The notes: generated from the letters alone by a model not told the origin. A stretch of 64,000 nt of DNA from Heptranchias perlo (GCF_035084215.1 NC_090370.1:25730001-25794000), one strand, 5' to 3'. Shown: positions 11,815 through 24,135, numbered from the stretch's first letter. Numbers and translations: made by a program.

Positions 11815-14800
11815 GGAACACTGGAATACTGGAACAGGAGTAGGCCATTCAGCCCCTCGAGCTTGCTCCGCCATTTGATAAGATCATGGCTGATCTGTGA
11901 TCGAACTCCATACACCTGCCTTTGGCCCACATCCCTTAATATCTTTGGTTACAAAAAAGCTATCTCTTTCAGATTTAAATTTCGCAATTGAGCTAGCATC
12001 AATAGACTTTTGCAGAAGAGAGTTCCAAACGTCTACCACCCTTTGTGTTTAGAAATGATTTCAAATCTCATTCCTCAAAGGTCTGGCTCTATTTTTTATA
12101 CTGTGCCCCCGACTCCGAGAATCCCCAACCAGCGGAAATAGTTTCTCTCTATCCACCCTATCTGTTCCCCTTAATATCTTATAAACTTCGATCAGATCAC
12201 GCCTTAACGTTCGAAACTCGAGAGAATACAACCCCAATTTGTGTAATCTGTCCTCGTGACTTAACCCTTGAAGTCCGGGTATCATTCTAGTGAACCGACG
12301 CTGCACTCCCTCCATTTCCAATATGTCCTTCCGAAGGTGCGGTGCCCAGAACTGCTCACAGTACTCCAGGTGCGGTCTAACCACGGTTTTGTATAGCTGC
12401 AACATAACTTCTGTCCCCTTGTACTCCAGTCCTCCAGATATAAAGGCCAGCATTCCATTAGCCTTCTTGATAATTTTCTGCACCTGATCATGACACTTCA
12501 ATGATCTGTGTACCTGAACCCCGAAGTCCCTGTGGACATCCACTGTTTTTAACGTTTTACGATTTAGAAAGTACCCTGTTCTTTTCTTTTTTGATCCAAA
12601 GTGGATGACCTCACATTTGCCTATATTGAATTCCATTTGCCCCAGCTTTGTCCATTCATTTAATCTATCAATATCCCTTTGTAATGTTATGTTTTCATCT
12701 AAACTGCTTACAATGCCACCAATCTTTGTGACATCGGCAAACTTCGATATGAGACTTTCCATGCCTTCATCTAAGTCATTAATAAATATTGTGAATAATT
12801 GAAGCCCCAAGACAGATCCCTGCGGGACTCCACAAGTCACATCCTGCCAATATGAGTACCTACCCATTATCCCGACTCTCTGTCGCCTTTCGCTCAGCCA
12901 ACTTCCGAACCAAGTCCGTATTTTTCCCTCGATTCCACGGGCTTCTATCGAAGCTAACAGTTTCTTATGTGGGACTTTATCAAATGCCTTCTGGAAGTCC
13001 ATATAAATAACATCCATTGGCATTACCCTCTCCACTAATTTGGTCACCTCTTCAAAAAATGCAGTCAGCTTTGTCAGACACGACCGACATTTCTCAAATC
13101 CATGCTGGCTCTCCGATTAACTGAAAATTCTCGAGGTGTTCAGTCACTCTATCCTTAAGTATAGAATCCAGCATTTTCCTCACAACAGATGTTAGGCTAA
13201 CTGGTCGACTATTCCCTGGTTTCCCTCTCTCTCCTTTCTTAAAAAGCGCAGTGACATGTGCAATTTTCCAATCTAGAGGGACAGTTCCTCAATCTAGGGA
13301 ACTTTGAAAGATTATAGTTCGGGCATCTGCAATGTGCTCACCTCCTTCCTTTAAAACCCCGGGATGGAAACCAGCTGGTCCTGGGGATTTGTCACTCTTT
13401 AGTGTTGTTATTTTCTTCATTACTGTTATTTTACTTATATTAATTTTATTGAGTCCCTGTCCCCGATTCAATATTAATTTTCTTGGGATTTCCAGGATGC
13501 TATCCTCTTTTTCTACTGTAAATACCGACGCAAAGTAATTATTCAACACGTCCGCATTTTTCCGTTGTCAAAGATCACATCCCCACTTTCAGTTTTCAAG
13601 GGGCCAGCACTGCTCCTGACTATCCTCTTTTACCTAATATAACTACAAAAGTTTTTCGTATTAGTTATGATATCCATTGCAAGTTTCTTTTCATACTCTC
13701 TTTTTGTAGCTCTAACTATCTGTTTTGTGACCATTTGTTGATCTTTGTATCTTTCCCATTCGCCAGGATCTGTGCCATTTTTTGCCTTTTTGTATGCCCT
13801 TTCATAATGTCTTATACTGTCCCTTATCTCTTCAGTTGTCCATGGCTGGTTTGTTTTGGCAAGTAGAGTTGTTGCCCCTCAGGGGTATTAACTGATTCTG
13901 TATCACGTTAAATGTTTCTTTAAACATTTCCCACTGATCATCAGTCGTTTTACACATTAACAGATTTGCCCAGTTTACTGTGGACAGTCTCTGTCTCATC
14001 ACATTGAAGTCGGCCTCACCCAAGTCTAGAATCTTATCAGGTGATTCACTTTGTTCCCTTTCAAATATTACATTGAACTCGATCATGTTATGAATGCTTT
14101 TGGATAGATGTTCACGTACAGTCAAGCTGTTAACTAAATCTGGTTCATTACTCATTAGAAAATCTCGTTTGGCTTGCCCCCTTGTTGCCTCTAGGACATA
14201 CTGCTGCAGAAAACTATCCCGGACACACTCAGTAAATTCACTACCTTTCTGACAGTTGCTGGTCTGCTTTTCCCAATCTATGTGAAGGTTAAAATCCACC
14301 ATTACGACCACTATGCCTTTGTTAAACGCTTGTCTAATCTCTGCATTTATACAATCTAGCACTTCAGAGCTGCTGCCAGGGGTCCCATACACAACTCCCA
14401 CTGTAGTCTTAGGTCCTTGCCTATTTCTCTATTAAACCCATAAGGTCTCTTTTGCCTGCCTACCCCTCGTTATACCCTCCATGATCATTGAAGTGATTTC
14501 ATCTCTAATCACGATGGCTTACTCCTCCACCTCCTCCATTTTCCCTATCCCTCCTGTCGACCTGATCACCTGGCACATTTAGTTCCCAATCCTGACCATC
14601 CTGCAGCCATGTCTCAGTAATAGCGGTCATGTCATACCCTCCAATTTGAATTTGTGCCTGTCGTTCATTTAATTTATTCCTTATACTCCGTGCGTTCGTA
14701 TGTAAAACTCTTAGATGGGCCCACACCCTCGCCAGACCTTCAGCTTTGATGCTTGGTTAATCGCTTTGCACCTTCTAGTTTTCACTTTATCTGTAGTGTC

Positions 14801-16090
14801 GAAAGTACACTTTCCTTCTGCTGCTCCACGCTTTTCTCTTCCACTTGTTCTTGAACAAGTATTTGTACTATTTTTAATGTAAATTTACCCTGGGTCCTCC
14901 CGTCTCTTGCTTCTCTCAACTTTACTCTCTTCTGACTCCCCGCTCAGGTTCCCATCCCACTGCCACTCCACGCCAACAGCAGTAGCAACTTCCCCTGCAA
15001 GGCTGTTAGTCCCGGATCTGTTGAGGTGCAACCCGTCCGGCTTGTACAGTTCCCACCTTTCCCAGAATCGGTCCAAATTCCTCAGGAATCTAAATCCCTC
15101 TCTCCTGCACCAACCCTCCAGACACGCATTCACCTGATCTATTCTCCCATTCCTATAATCACTAACACGTGGCACTGGGGGTATTCCTGAGATTACTACC
15201 ATTGAGGTCCTGCTTTTTTACTCATTTCCTTACTCCTTATATTCTGCTTGCAGGACCTCATCCCTCTTTTTACCTATGTGGTTGGTACCGATATGGACCA
15301 CGACCTCTGGCTGTTCACCCTCCCCCTTCAGAATGTCCTGCAGCCGCTCAGTGACATCCATGACCCTGGCACCAGGGAGGTAACATGCCATCCTGGAATC
15401 ACGTTTGCGGCCGCAGAAACGCCTGTCTGCTCCACTAACTATAGAATCCCCGATCACTATTGCTCTCTTGACCTTTCTCCCCCCCCCCCCCGCTTTACAG
15501 CTGAGCCACCCATGATGCTTTGGACTTGGCTCTGTCTGCACTCCCCAGAGGAACCCTTTCCCCCACCAGCACCCAGATCTGAATACTGGCTGAAGATTGA
15601 GATGCCCTCAGGGGAATTCTGCACGAACCCGGAGCTCGAGCTCCACCAGCTGACGACACTTCCTGCACATGTGCTTGTGCAGGACACGGGAAGAGTCCTG
15701 GAGTTCCCACATGGCACAGGTCGTGCATTCGACAGGATTGAGCTGCCCTGCCATGCCTTAATTTTTTGATTAACTTAAATATAGCAAAAACAAATTACGG
15801 TTATTTTTGGTTATATTACTCTAGTTAAGTAGTTTAAGCTTTAATTTTAATGAGCTTCCAGGAGTTTTACACTTCAAGCTTTTAATTCAATTTTACCCAA
15901 TTCCCGAACTCAGAGAAAAAAACGAAGACTCACCAGCCAATCACCGACCTGCTGTCCTGTGACTTGTTTTTTTCACCGATTGCCTCTGTGCCGCTCGGAG
16001 TGCGGGTCGGCCTTCGAGCCTGGGCCTTGAGCAGTCTCCGAGTCCTGCGCTCTCTCCCAGGTCCGCTCCCGCCTGCAGCTCCGCTCTTTT
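11815..16090 (-). mobile_element. Near full-length, decayed CR1 LINE (ORF1 SGNH esterase-like; ORF2 APE + RT)
   Basis: ORF pieces IVIGDSIV..VVVHIGTN (ORF1 esterase), LHTNARSIRNK..ITETWL (APE), MDFQKAFDKVPH..GVPQGSVLG..KFADV (RT), CR1 3' UTR. Absent from the left palindrome arm. Confidence 0.9.
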
Positions 16091-17042
16091 TCATCCCACC
16101 CACTCCTTGGAGACACTTCCAGCATCATCGACGTGGGCGGTAGAATGCAGAGACATTCAGCGCTTCAAATCAATCCGTGCCGCCTCTTACCGAAACTCGG
16201 GAACAATGTGAACCATTTCAGCCTCTCATATGCCGATGTTTCCAATTTCATCTTGTGCAGCCAGAACCCTTGGTGATTTTACAGTCACTGAAGTTCGCTT
16301 CACTTTCCCCAAAGTTTGGTCTGAGAGAGAACAACGAAAAATAAAGGAAAAGTGAGCGTTTCCTCATTGGTGGCGAAGCAAAATCGCTGCTTTCATTCCT
16401 TCCACCGCTGGTCTTCCTGCGGGCGATGAACCTTCTGCACTCCGCTATTTTTATCACATGACCAGGGACTGGAAACGAGTTGAATGTGAAAGTGGGAGCA
16501 ACAAACTGGATCAAGCGGATAGGTGGGGCGGGATATTGGAAAACAAACAGCGAAGCCACGAGGAGCAGGTCAGCTGTTACATCAGAACACAAGAAATAGG
16601 AGCAGGAGTCGGCCTCACGGCCCCTCGAGCCTGCTCCGCCATTCAATAAGATCATGGCTGATCTTCGACCTCAACTCTATTCTCCCGCCCGATCCCCATA
16701 TTCTTTACACGACATTTCAAACAGAAGAATGCCTGTTTCATGAAAAGAAGCTTTGCCTGTTCGGTACTTCAGATTTAAAGATCTCGGGCCGCCTCCTTTG
16801 CCATTTCATGCTGTCGCAAATCGCCCCTCTCTCCGGCCTATTAACAACTAAACTCACACCTGCTATTTCAATACGGCCGGCCAGAGGACCCAAAGTGCCC
16901 ACATGAGAACAGTAAGAAGGAGAAGCTTAATGGAACAGACCAGCTGTCTCTTGAACTCCGGTGGAAATGTTCAGAAGCAAAAGGTTAAAATGCTCCCGGG
17001 GAGGATCGAACTCAACACTTCGGCATTCCTCGAGCCTGATAT

Positions 17043-17310
17043 GGATATGGCGGGAGGTTTAGAGGGGATTTGAGAAAGAACTTTTTCACCCAGAGGGTGG
17101 TTGGAGTCTGGAACTCACTGCCTGAGAGGGTTGTGGAGGCAGGAACCCTCACAACATTCAAGAAGCATTTGGATGAGCACTTGAAATGCCATAGCATAAA
17201 AAGCTACGGACCAAATGCTGGAATATGGGATTAGATTCGACTGGGCTTGATGGCCGGCGCGGACACGATGGGCCGAAGGGCCTCTATCCGTGCTGTGTAA
17301 CTCGATGAAC
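17043..17310 (+). mobile_element. CR1 LINE 3' end
   Basis: TTTTTCACCCAGAGGGTGG..TGGAACTCACTGCCTGAG (FFTQRV..WNSLP) followed by a GGGCCGAAGGGCCT tail. Confidence 0.8.
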
Positions 17311-17651
17311 TCGAAGTGTAGTCGGAGGAAGAGACTGTAAATCACATTGGGTGGAACAGAACAGAATGCCTCTTGATGCCGATGATCAAACGTCCCTGGT
17401 ATTTCTGTATCCCACCCGCCCAGTTTAATGACAATTTTGATATTTTGTCTCATTCACCACACAAACTGCAAATATCAATCTATTGGAGGTTGGCGACATC
17501 TGCTGTCCGGAAGCGAGTACTTCAACAGACCGATCTGGATCATTTGTGATCAACAAGTTATTGTTAGTTCTCGAATCGGAATCAAGTCCTTATTAAATTG
17601 ATTCCTGACTCTCTTCAGTCAGTAACCAGCCCTTTCAAAGATACAGTGGGT

Positions 17652-17884
17652 GGCTCTGAAAAGAGCCTTTGGGTTATCAGATTAAATCTTGGCCGCTTTA
17701 CTTGCTCTTGGTGCTCACATTGCTGGTTTTCTTCGGCAGCAGCACGGCCTGGATATTAGGCAGCACCCCGCCCTGAGCGATGGTCACCCGTCCCAGGAGC
17801 TTGTTGAGCTCCTCGTCGTTGCGGATGGCGAGTTGCAGGTGTCTGGGGATGATGCGGGTCTTCTTGTTGTCCCGGGCCGCGTTG
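17652..17884 (-). pseudogene. H2A: 5'-truncated histone H2A fragment with stem-loop
   Basis: [52 protein letters not shown], stop at 17698, stem-loop at 17652-17667. Flank 17317-17650 matches 57835-58170. Confidence 0.9.
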
Positions 17885-18224
17885 AAACTATTATGTAATA
17901 CCGCGTGCTGACCGATTACGCTGCTAAGGCCGCATGCTATTAATACTCTCATTAAACACCCTCATTTTTGGCCTGTAAGGTTGTATGTTTTTTCAGACAG
18001 GTTTCCAAGTGGATACATGCAGCCAATTGCCGTTCGGCTATTGGTGTTTTAGTGGTCGAATTCTTGCCTGCCACACGGGAAGCGGGAGTTCATTGCCGCC
18101 AAAAGCAGGAACATTTTCTGCATTCATGACATCGCGTGAATTGGGATAAATTCATATTTAGCTTCAATCTGCAAAACATCTTGAGACTTTTTCTTTTCTC
18201 CAGGTTTGTTGCGTTCATTTAACC

Positions 18225-18395
18225 TCGGCTTCTATACGCAAAGGGTGGGAGACGTTTGAAACGCACTTCTGCAGATGGTAGTTGACGGTAGCTCACTTGT
18301 GAATGTTAAATCTGAGATTGATAGATTTCTGTGAACCAAGGGTATTAAGGGATATTGGGCTAAGCCGGGTGTATGGAGTTAAATCACAGGTCCAT
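18225..18395 (+). mobile_element. CR1 3' end fragment
   Basis: TTAAATCTGAGATTGATAGATTTCTG..AAGGGTATTAAGGGATAT motif. Confidence 0.65.
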
Positions 18396-18684
18396 ATCTA
18401 AATGTCACTGCCACTTGCTGCCTCCTGATTTGAGCCACCTTCACCGGCAAGAAAGCGGGACGTATGTCTGGGTGATGTTCCTGTCATGGTTAAATAGCTG
18501 CCAGCGTGTGTCACCTATGAGTTGTGGGTGGGCGGCTTGCAACAGTGGTAATGTGTAAGAGTGAGAGGAAGCGTCTGGTTACAAGAGTTGAGGACTGATG
18601 GAAAGAGTTTGTTGGTATTTGGGGGATGGGGGTGTATTGCATGGTGCAGTTGGTAGGAGATGCCACTTGAGAATTGCCCTCACT

Positions 18685-18965
18685 CAGCTTGACCACTCAT
18701 GTCAAAGCATTGAACTTCTTCCTGCACTGCATCCATGTTCATGATGATGTGCGCCTGGCATTGAATTCGTCCCCCGCTGCCTCCAACTGCCTTTTGGATA
18801 TCTGTCTGGAGGACCTCTTGCCCTCACCCACCCCTGCGGATACATCATGCTCCTCCTTCTGTTCAACTCCTGCACCACCGACTCTGAGCATCAGCAGAGA
18901 ACCTTGGTGCATGCACCCTCCAGGCCTGGTACCAACTCAGATCGGCAGATTGGCGAGGCCTGGCG
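18685..18965 (-). mobile_element. Decayed Myb/SANT-like ORF, probably PIF/Harbinger transposon
   Basis: Minus-strand translation includes HAPRFS and TWMQCRKKFNALT, with stops. Confidence 0.55.
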
Positions 18966-19479
18966 TGCAGATCGGAGGATGTGGGATTTGGTAGTGTATA
19001 ACTTTTATTCAATGTTTGAACATAACTCATCAGTGTGCAAACATAGGGATGTACCTGCATCTATGTTTTACGTGAACAACGTCTAATCTCTGTTCAGACT
19101 CCGTTTAGACAGTAGACTGTTATTTTAAGCAAATAACAGGTCCCAGCTGCCTTCAAGCGATTTCGAAGAAAAATCCTCCCTTAAAGAGATTGAGCTCCCC
19201 CGGGCGGTGGAAAGTGCGAATTGCAAAGATTCCACGTGCAAGGCCCGGAATGGAACACTGAATCACTGAATGCAGGTGAGTCTTCGGGCCAGCCGAATCT
19301 TGCGTCCTGCGTGCCCAAGGGTCATTGGGCGCGGATTAACAGCACATCACGCTACCTGCGCCCAAAAACGGCCCTTATCCAATTCCCCCCCTACCCCCAC
19401 ACAACGTTTCCTGTGTGTGCCAGTCGACAGGATTCGGATATGGTACCTGACACATGGGGCCACAGGAAGAACGATTCCA

Positions 19480-19692
19480 CTTAGATTGCCCTCTTCACAA
19501 CTCGGACGTCCCAATGCGCTTTACAGACAACAAACCACTCGTTGAAGTGTAGTCACTGCTGATATGTAGGAAACGAGGCAGCCAATTTGCACACAGCAAG
19601 ATCCCAAACACAGCGATGTGACAATGACCAGATAATGTGTTATAGTGATGTTACTGGAGGGATAAATATTGAACAGGGTAGCAGGGAGAACT
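19480..19692 (-). mobile_element. DeuSINE-family (SacSINE1/AmnSINE1-like) fragment
   Basis: TGAAGTGTAGTCACTG..TGTAGGAAAC..GGCAGCCAATTTGCACACAGCAAGATCCCA resembles the remembered Deu-SINE consensus. Confidence 0.6.
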
Positions 19693-20688
19693 AATTACCA
19701 TTAAAGGTGAAGACAAGGTGATTGTATCAGTTCGAGTTTGGACCTTTGTAATGTTTTTCTTTCCTTATTTTTATCTTCTTCAGATTCCAACTGATCAGAA
19801 AACTGACAACTGAACTCTCAATGAATTTTCGATAAATCTGTCACTCAAAATAAACAATGTTAGAAATAAAGAAATCAACCGGATTGAGACGGTTCACTTC
19901 ACTTCACTGAAACGTCGAATTCCGGTTAAACCGGCGCGGCGGAGTCACAGCAGCTCATCGCTGATCTGCACCTCAACTCTATTTAGCGAAACAGAAACTG
20001 GAAAATTCATGTTTCGAGACGAGTTCACTAATTTCCTGAAAAATGAATATCACTAAACCAGAAAAATATTCCCTGCCCTGATTAAAGACACAGTCGAATA
20101 TATCGCAAGAAACCCGCGAATTTATTATTACACGGATAGAATACCGTGCTCAATATTAACATTAACACTGAGCGCTTTACCCCGTGGTGCGGGACCCCGT
20201 CCGCGTTTATATTTACCAAAAAAAAAGAAAACCAGAAAATAATAATCTCACCCGGCGGAATTGGGGATTGTTCGTATTTTACAGGAAAGGATGAGGCCAC
20301 TGGGCCCCTCAGGCTTGGATAGTAAATTCTGTTCACATTCTCCGCTCGGTGTTGTTCTCCGTGTACATTTTCAGTTTCCCGATTTGACTTTGTTTTATTT
20401 CCCGTCTCTTTATTTTGCTGACTGAGTGCGAAAGCGATTGCTTTAAAGGCAAAACGTTTTGATCAAAGATTTGAACATTGTTTATTCTGATTGTAGGTTT
20501 CTCGGAGACCCAGCGGGAGTTCAGTTGTCAGTTTCCGGATCAGTCGGAAACAGTCGAGCCAACTTGCTGCAAGAGAGAAAACAATAAATGAACAACGTCA
20601 ACAAAGCGAAAGGAAGAGAAAGAGACAAGCAGTGTATTAACCATCTCTGCCCATCGTTTAGGATCATTTGGTGAATCAATTCGTCATC

Positions 20689-20778
20689 GGTCGCGTGGCC
20701 TAATGGATAAGGCGTATGACTTCGGTATTAACTCGAGTTGTTATCAGAAGATTGCAGGTTCGAGTCCTGCCGCGGTCG
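20689..20778 (+). tRNA. tRNA-Arg(TCG) with a 17-nt insertion at the canonical intron site (20726-20742)
   Basis: GGTCGCGTGGCCTAATGGATAAGGCGTATGACTTCGG-[tattaactcgagttgtt]-ATCAGAAGATTGCAGGTTCGAGTCCTGCCGCGGTCG then TTTT. Exons differ from vertebrate Arg-TCG at two positions, one giving an anticodon-stem mismatch. Confidence 0.88.
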
Positions 20779-20988
20779 TTTTACTCGCTGGGTGAAAATT
20801 TGTCCGACGTGTGCCCGAAATGTTTTGCACCCGACCGTTTCGAACAGTCGGATGGAACAGAAATCCCTAAATTACATTGCTTTCAGAAATTGACTCCACA
20901 TTTTCAAAATTGTAGATCTGGGTGCACGGGCAGGACATAGTGTAAAAGTGACTTTATTTCTACTGTTTGGATTCAGAAATGTTCGGCG

Positions 20989-21034
20989 AATCCATTGTGC
21001 TCTGTCGGTATGGGTCCGAATCCCATCCGTGTCG
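20989..21034 (+). pseudogene. tRNA-Ser(GCT) 3' half relic
   Basis: AATCCATTGTGCTCTG..TGGGTCCGAATCCCATCCGTGTCG matches the Ser-GCT variable arm, T arm and acceptor. Confidence 0.6.
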
Positions 21035-21193
21035 TTATTGTATTGAACTTTTGTTATGGCCCACCATAAGTTTTGTACAATCAAAATGGGCTTCAAAGCT
21101 ATTAATACCAATCCGACACCGGTGTTTGAAGTCTGTATCCCTGGATTGTTTATATTTTGTTGAAATGGAGAGGGACAACTTGTCTCATAAACC

Positions 21194-21332
21194 ATGATGT
21201 GGAGATGCCGGTGATGGACTGGGGTGGACAAATGTAAGGAATCTTACAACACCAGGTTATAGTCCAACAGTTCTATTTGAAAATAAAACTGTTGGACTAT
21301 AACCTGGTGTTGTAAGATTCCTTACACTTGTC
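21194..21332 (-). mobile_element. Short fold-back Penelope-like terminal fragment
   Basis: Same terminus as 38140-38218. Inverted repeat 21227-21272 / 21287-21332. Confidence 0.75.
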
Positions 21333-21807
21333 TTATCAAGTAAGACTTTCTAAAATTTAAATGCTCTGAAGCTGCATTGCCGTTTGTGTGAGAATAGATG
21401 CACCAACTAGACTAGCGCTAATACACATTTCCTAATACAAAACACACACACATTAAACTCTTGTGCAGTATTTGTCGGAGGTCACCCACAGGAGGAGGTC
21501 AGGGCCTGGTGCATCACAGACATTACTCACCAACATTTTGTGGGAAGAGATGAGAAATGCAATAGGATAAGACCAGATAGTCTGGAGAGAGTGTGGGAAT
21601 ACAACAGGATGAATAGAGCGAGATATAAGATGTACTGACAGGGGATAAGGAAGGGAAGATCATGACTGATACCCATGGTTTCCCTTGCAGAGACCGACGA
21701 ACAAAAGATAGATGTTATTGCGCAGACGTATTGAGGGAGAAGGCGCAACAAAGTGGCTTGGCAAATGTATCAATAACATAACGTTCGGAAATAATTAAAT
21801 TTATGTG

Positions 21808-21883
21808 GGTGCCGTGGCTTAGTGGTTAAAACACCTGTCTTATCAACCGAAGTATTTCTGAGTTCAAATCACAGCTAGTGCAT
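21808..21883 (+). pseudogene. tRNA-Thr(AGT)-derived pseudogene
   Basis: GGTGCCGTGGCTTAGTGGTTAAAACACCTGTCT..GTTCAAATCACAGC. A second 3' fragment lies at ~21892-21912. Confidence 0.6.
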
Positions 21884-21914
21884 TTCGCTCATGTTAAATC
21901 CCAGCGGTTCCTTT

Positions 21915-22200
21915 CGCAAAGTCCTCCTCACCAACATCTCGGGACTTGTGCCAAAAATTGGCCAGAGTTGTCCGACAGACAAGTCAAGTAACAGCCTGAC
22001 ACAGCCATGTTCATCGAATCAGAGCTTTCAGCCAAAGTCCCCGACTCTTCCATCACCATCCCTGGGGAGCTCCTGTCCCACCGGCTGCACAGACCAACCA
22101 GCGATGGCAGCACAGTCATAAATATCTCGAAGCGAGTGTCCCTGGGAGTCCTCAACATTAACTCAGGACCACATCATGGCGTCAGGTCAAACATGGGGAA
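21915..22200 (+). mobile_element. LINE ORF2 N-terminal (APE) fragment
   Basis: LLTNISGLVPKIG..FIESELSAKVPDSSITIPG..HRPT. Confidence 0.6.
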
Positions 22201-23129
22201 GGGAGAGAAAGACAGCCAATGGGAGGCGGGAGGGAGAGAGAGAGAGAGAGAGACAGACAGACAATCTGTGTGTGTGTGAGAGGGGAGGGTCTGGGAGGCT
22301 CGGGTTGTGGGGGGGGGGGAGAGTGTGTGTTGGAGGTAATGAGCGGGTGGGAGAGCATGGACCGCCTGTGTCTGAGGTAACCGGCGTAACTATGGATGGG
22401 TGTGCGCAGATGGCTGACAGACTGGGCGAGAGTATTGAATGGGGGAATCAGACCTCGCCTCCTCAGGCCGCCCACCTCGCTGGGGAGGGTGAGGCTGACC
22501 AGCCTTCTGATGGGGTCTTTATGTGCAGGAACCTCAATCTGCAAACGGAACAATATTAATGAGACCCTTCTAGATTAACAGAGTTGTTTTTCAAAGAATT
22601 CCAGATGGTCAGCTTGTTTTAACATCACTCGTCGAACCACGAGGCCCCTTCATCAAGGTTGTTTTTCAAGGTTGGCCAGTTTGTGTGACCGCGCTCGTCA
22701 CGATCCCGGCCCACGCGCTGTCTTTGGGTTATTGTTCGGCTCCTTTGGGTCTTTGCGCCTCTTTGGTCACGTGGCTGCCTTGCCTCACACTGGGGGTGGG
22801 TGAGACGGGTCAGTCACCAATCAAAGTTTAAGAAAAAACGTCAATATATCCCTCCTGCCAATATTCTCCCCTGGGTCCCCACTCAGAGAGCCAGGGGACA
22901 GCTCCCTCAGACGGCTGGGCTAATGCACCGTCCAGCGCTGATCCCCAGAGATTAGGAAAATCCCAGGCTCGAGCTCGGGCCTGCTGCTGAGGTTCGACTT
23001 CTTGCCTTTGACCTCGGCTGGACATGGGCTCAGTGCCCTCGGGCTTGGTAGGGGGCGGGGGTTTGCGGGGACAACATGTGAGGAGGAGAGTGTGCCAGGC
23101 AGCTCTTTAAACTGAGGAGTGGGTGACGA

Positions 23130-24135
23130 GGAAATTGACTAGAATGGTGCCAGGGATGAGGGACTCCAGTTCCGGGGAAAGACTGAAGAAGCTCGGGTTG
23201 TTCCCCCGAGAGCAGTGAAGGTTAATTACATGGAATCACTTTGAGAGTACAGAACAGGGACAGGCCATTCGGCCCATCAAGGCCATGCCGGTGTTTAAGC
23301 TCCACACGAGCCTCCTCCCTCCCAACTTCATCTCACCCTATTCTTCTATTCCTTTCTCCCTCATGTCTTTATCTGCTGTTCGCCCCAACCACTCCTTGTG
23401 GGAGTGAGTTCCACATTCTCACCACTCTCTGGGTGAAGAAGTTTCTCCTGAATTCCCTTCATGTCTTAAATGTCTTCATATCTTCTTCGATCTCTCCTTC
23501 CAATGTCCTGCCCACCTTGCTGGTCTCTGTGATCAATAGAAACATCGAAAATAGGAGCAAGAGTAGGCCATTCGGCCCTTCGGGCCTGCTCCACCATTCA
23601 AAATTATCATGGCTGATCGTCCAACTCAGTACCCTGTTCCCGCTTTATCCCCATATCCCTTGATCCCTTTAGCATTGAGAAATATATCTATCTCCTTCTT
23701 GAATACATCGAATGGCTTGGCCTCAACTGCCTTCTGTGCGAGAGAAATCCACAGGTTCACCACCCTCTGAGTGGAGAAATTTCTCCTCGTCTCTGTTCTA
23801 AATGGCATACCCCGTATCCGAAGACTGTGACCCTTGGTTCTGGACTCCCCAGCCATCGGGAATATCCACGCTGCATCCAGTCTGTCTGGTCCTGTTAGAA
23901 TTTTATATGTTTCGATGAGATCACCTCTCATTCTTCTAAACTCTAGTGAATATAGGCCTAATCGACCCAATCTCTCCTCACACGTCAGTCCTGCCATCCC
24001 ATAAATCAGTCTGGTAAACCTTCGTTGCACTCCCTCCGTGGCAAGGACATCCTTCCTCAGATAAGGAGAACAAAACTGCACACAATACTCCAGATGTGGT
24101 CTCACCAAGGCACTGTATAACTGCAGTAAGACATC
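23130..24135. mobile_element. Cluster of CR1 3' fragments (main one 23540-24135 on minus)
   Basis: ORF VRPHLEYCVQF..LGLYSLEFRRMRGDLIETYKI..FSTQRVVNLW plus CR1 tails. Confidence 0.85.

Larger units (their letters stand above)
16991..17930 (-). pseudogene. tRNA-Ile(TAT) pseudogene split inside its intron by an ~840-bp insertion
   Basis: 3' half at 16991-17042 and 5' half at ~17885-17930. Mirror position of the tRNA at 32-126. Confidence 0.75.
6920..17960. repeat. Right arm of the large inverted duplication, interrupted by CR1 (11815-16090) and an H2A/CR1 insertion (17043-17884)
   Basis: Collinear reverse-complement similarity to 1-6255. Confidence 0.9.

Noticed and set aside
20120-20210. Three small adjacent hairpins upstream of tRNA-Arg
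   Set aside because: Stems are only 4-5 bp and match no RNA family I recognise.
20966-20995. Possible intron in the Ser-GCT relic
   Set aside because: The 5' half is too degenerate to place the anticodon.
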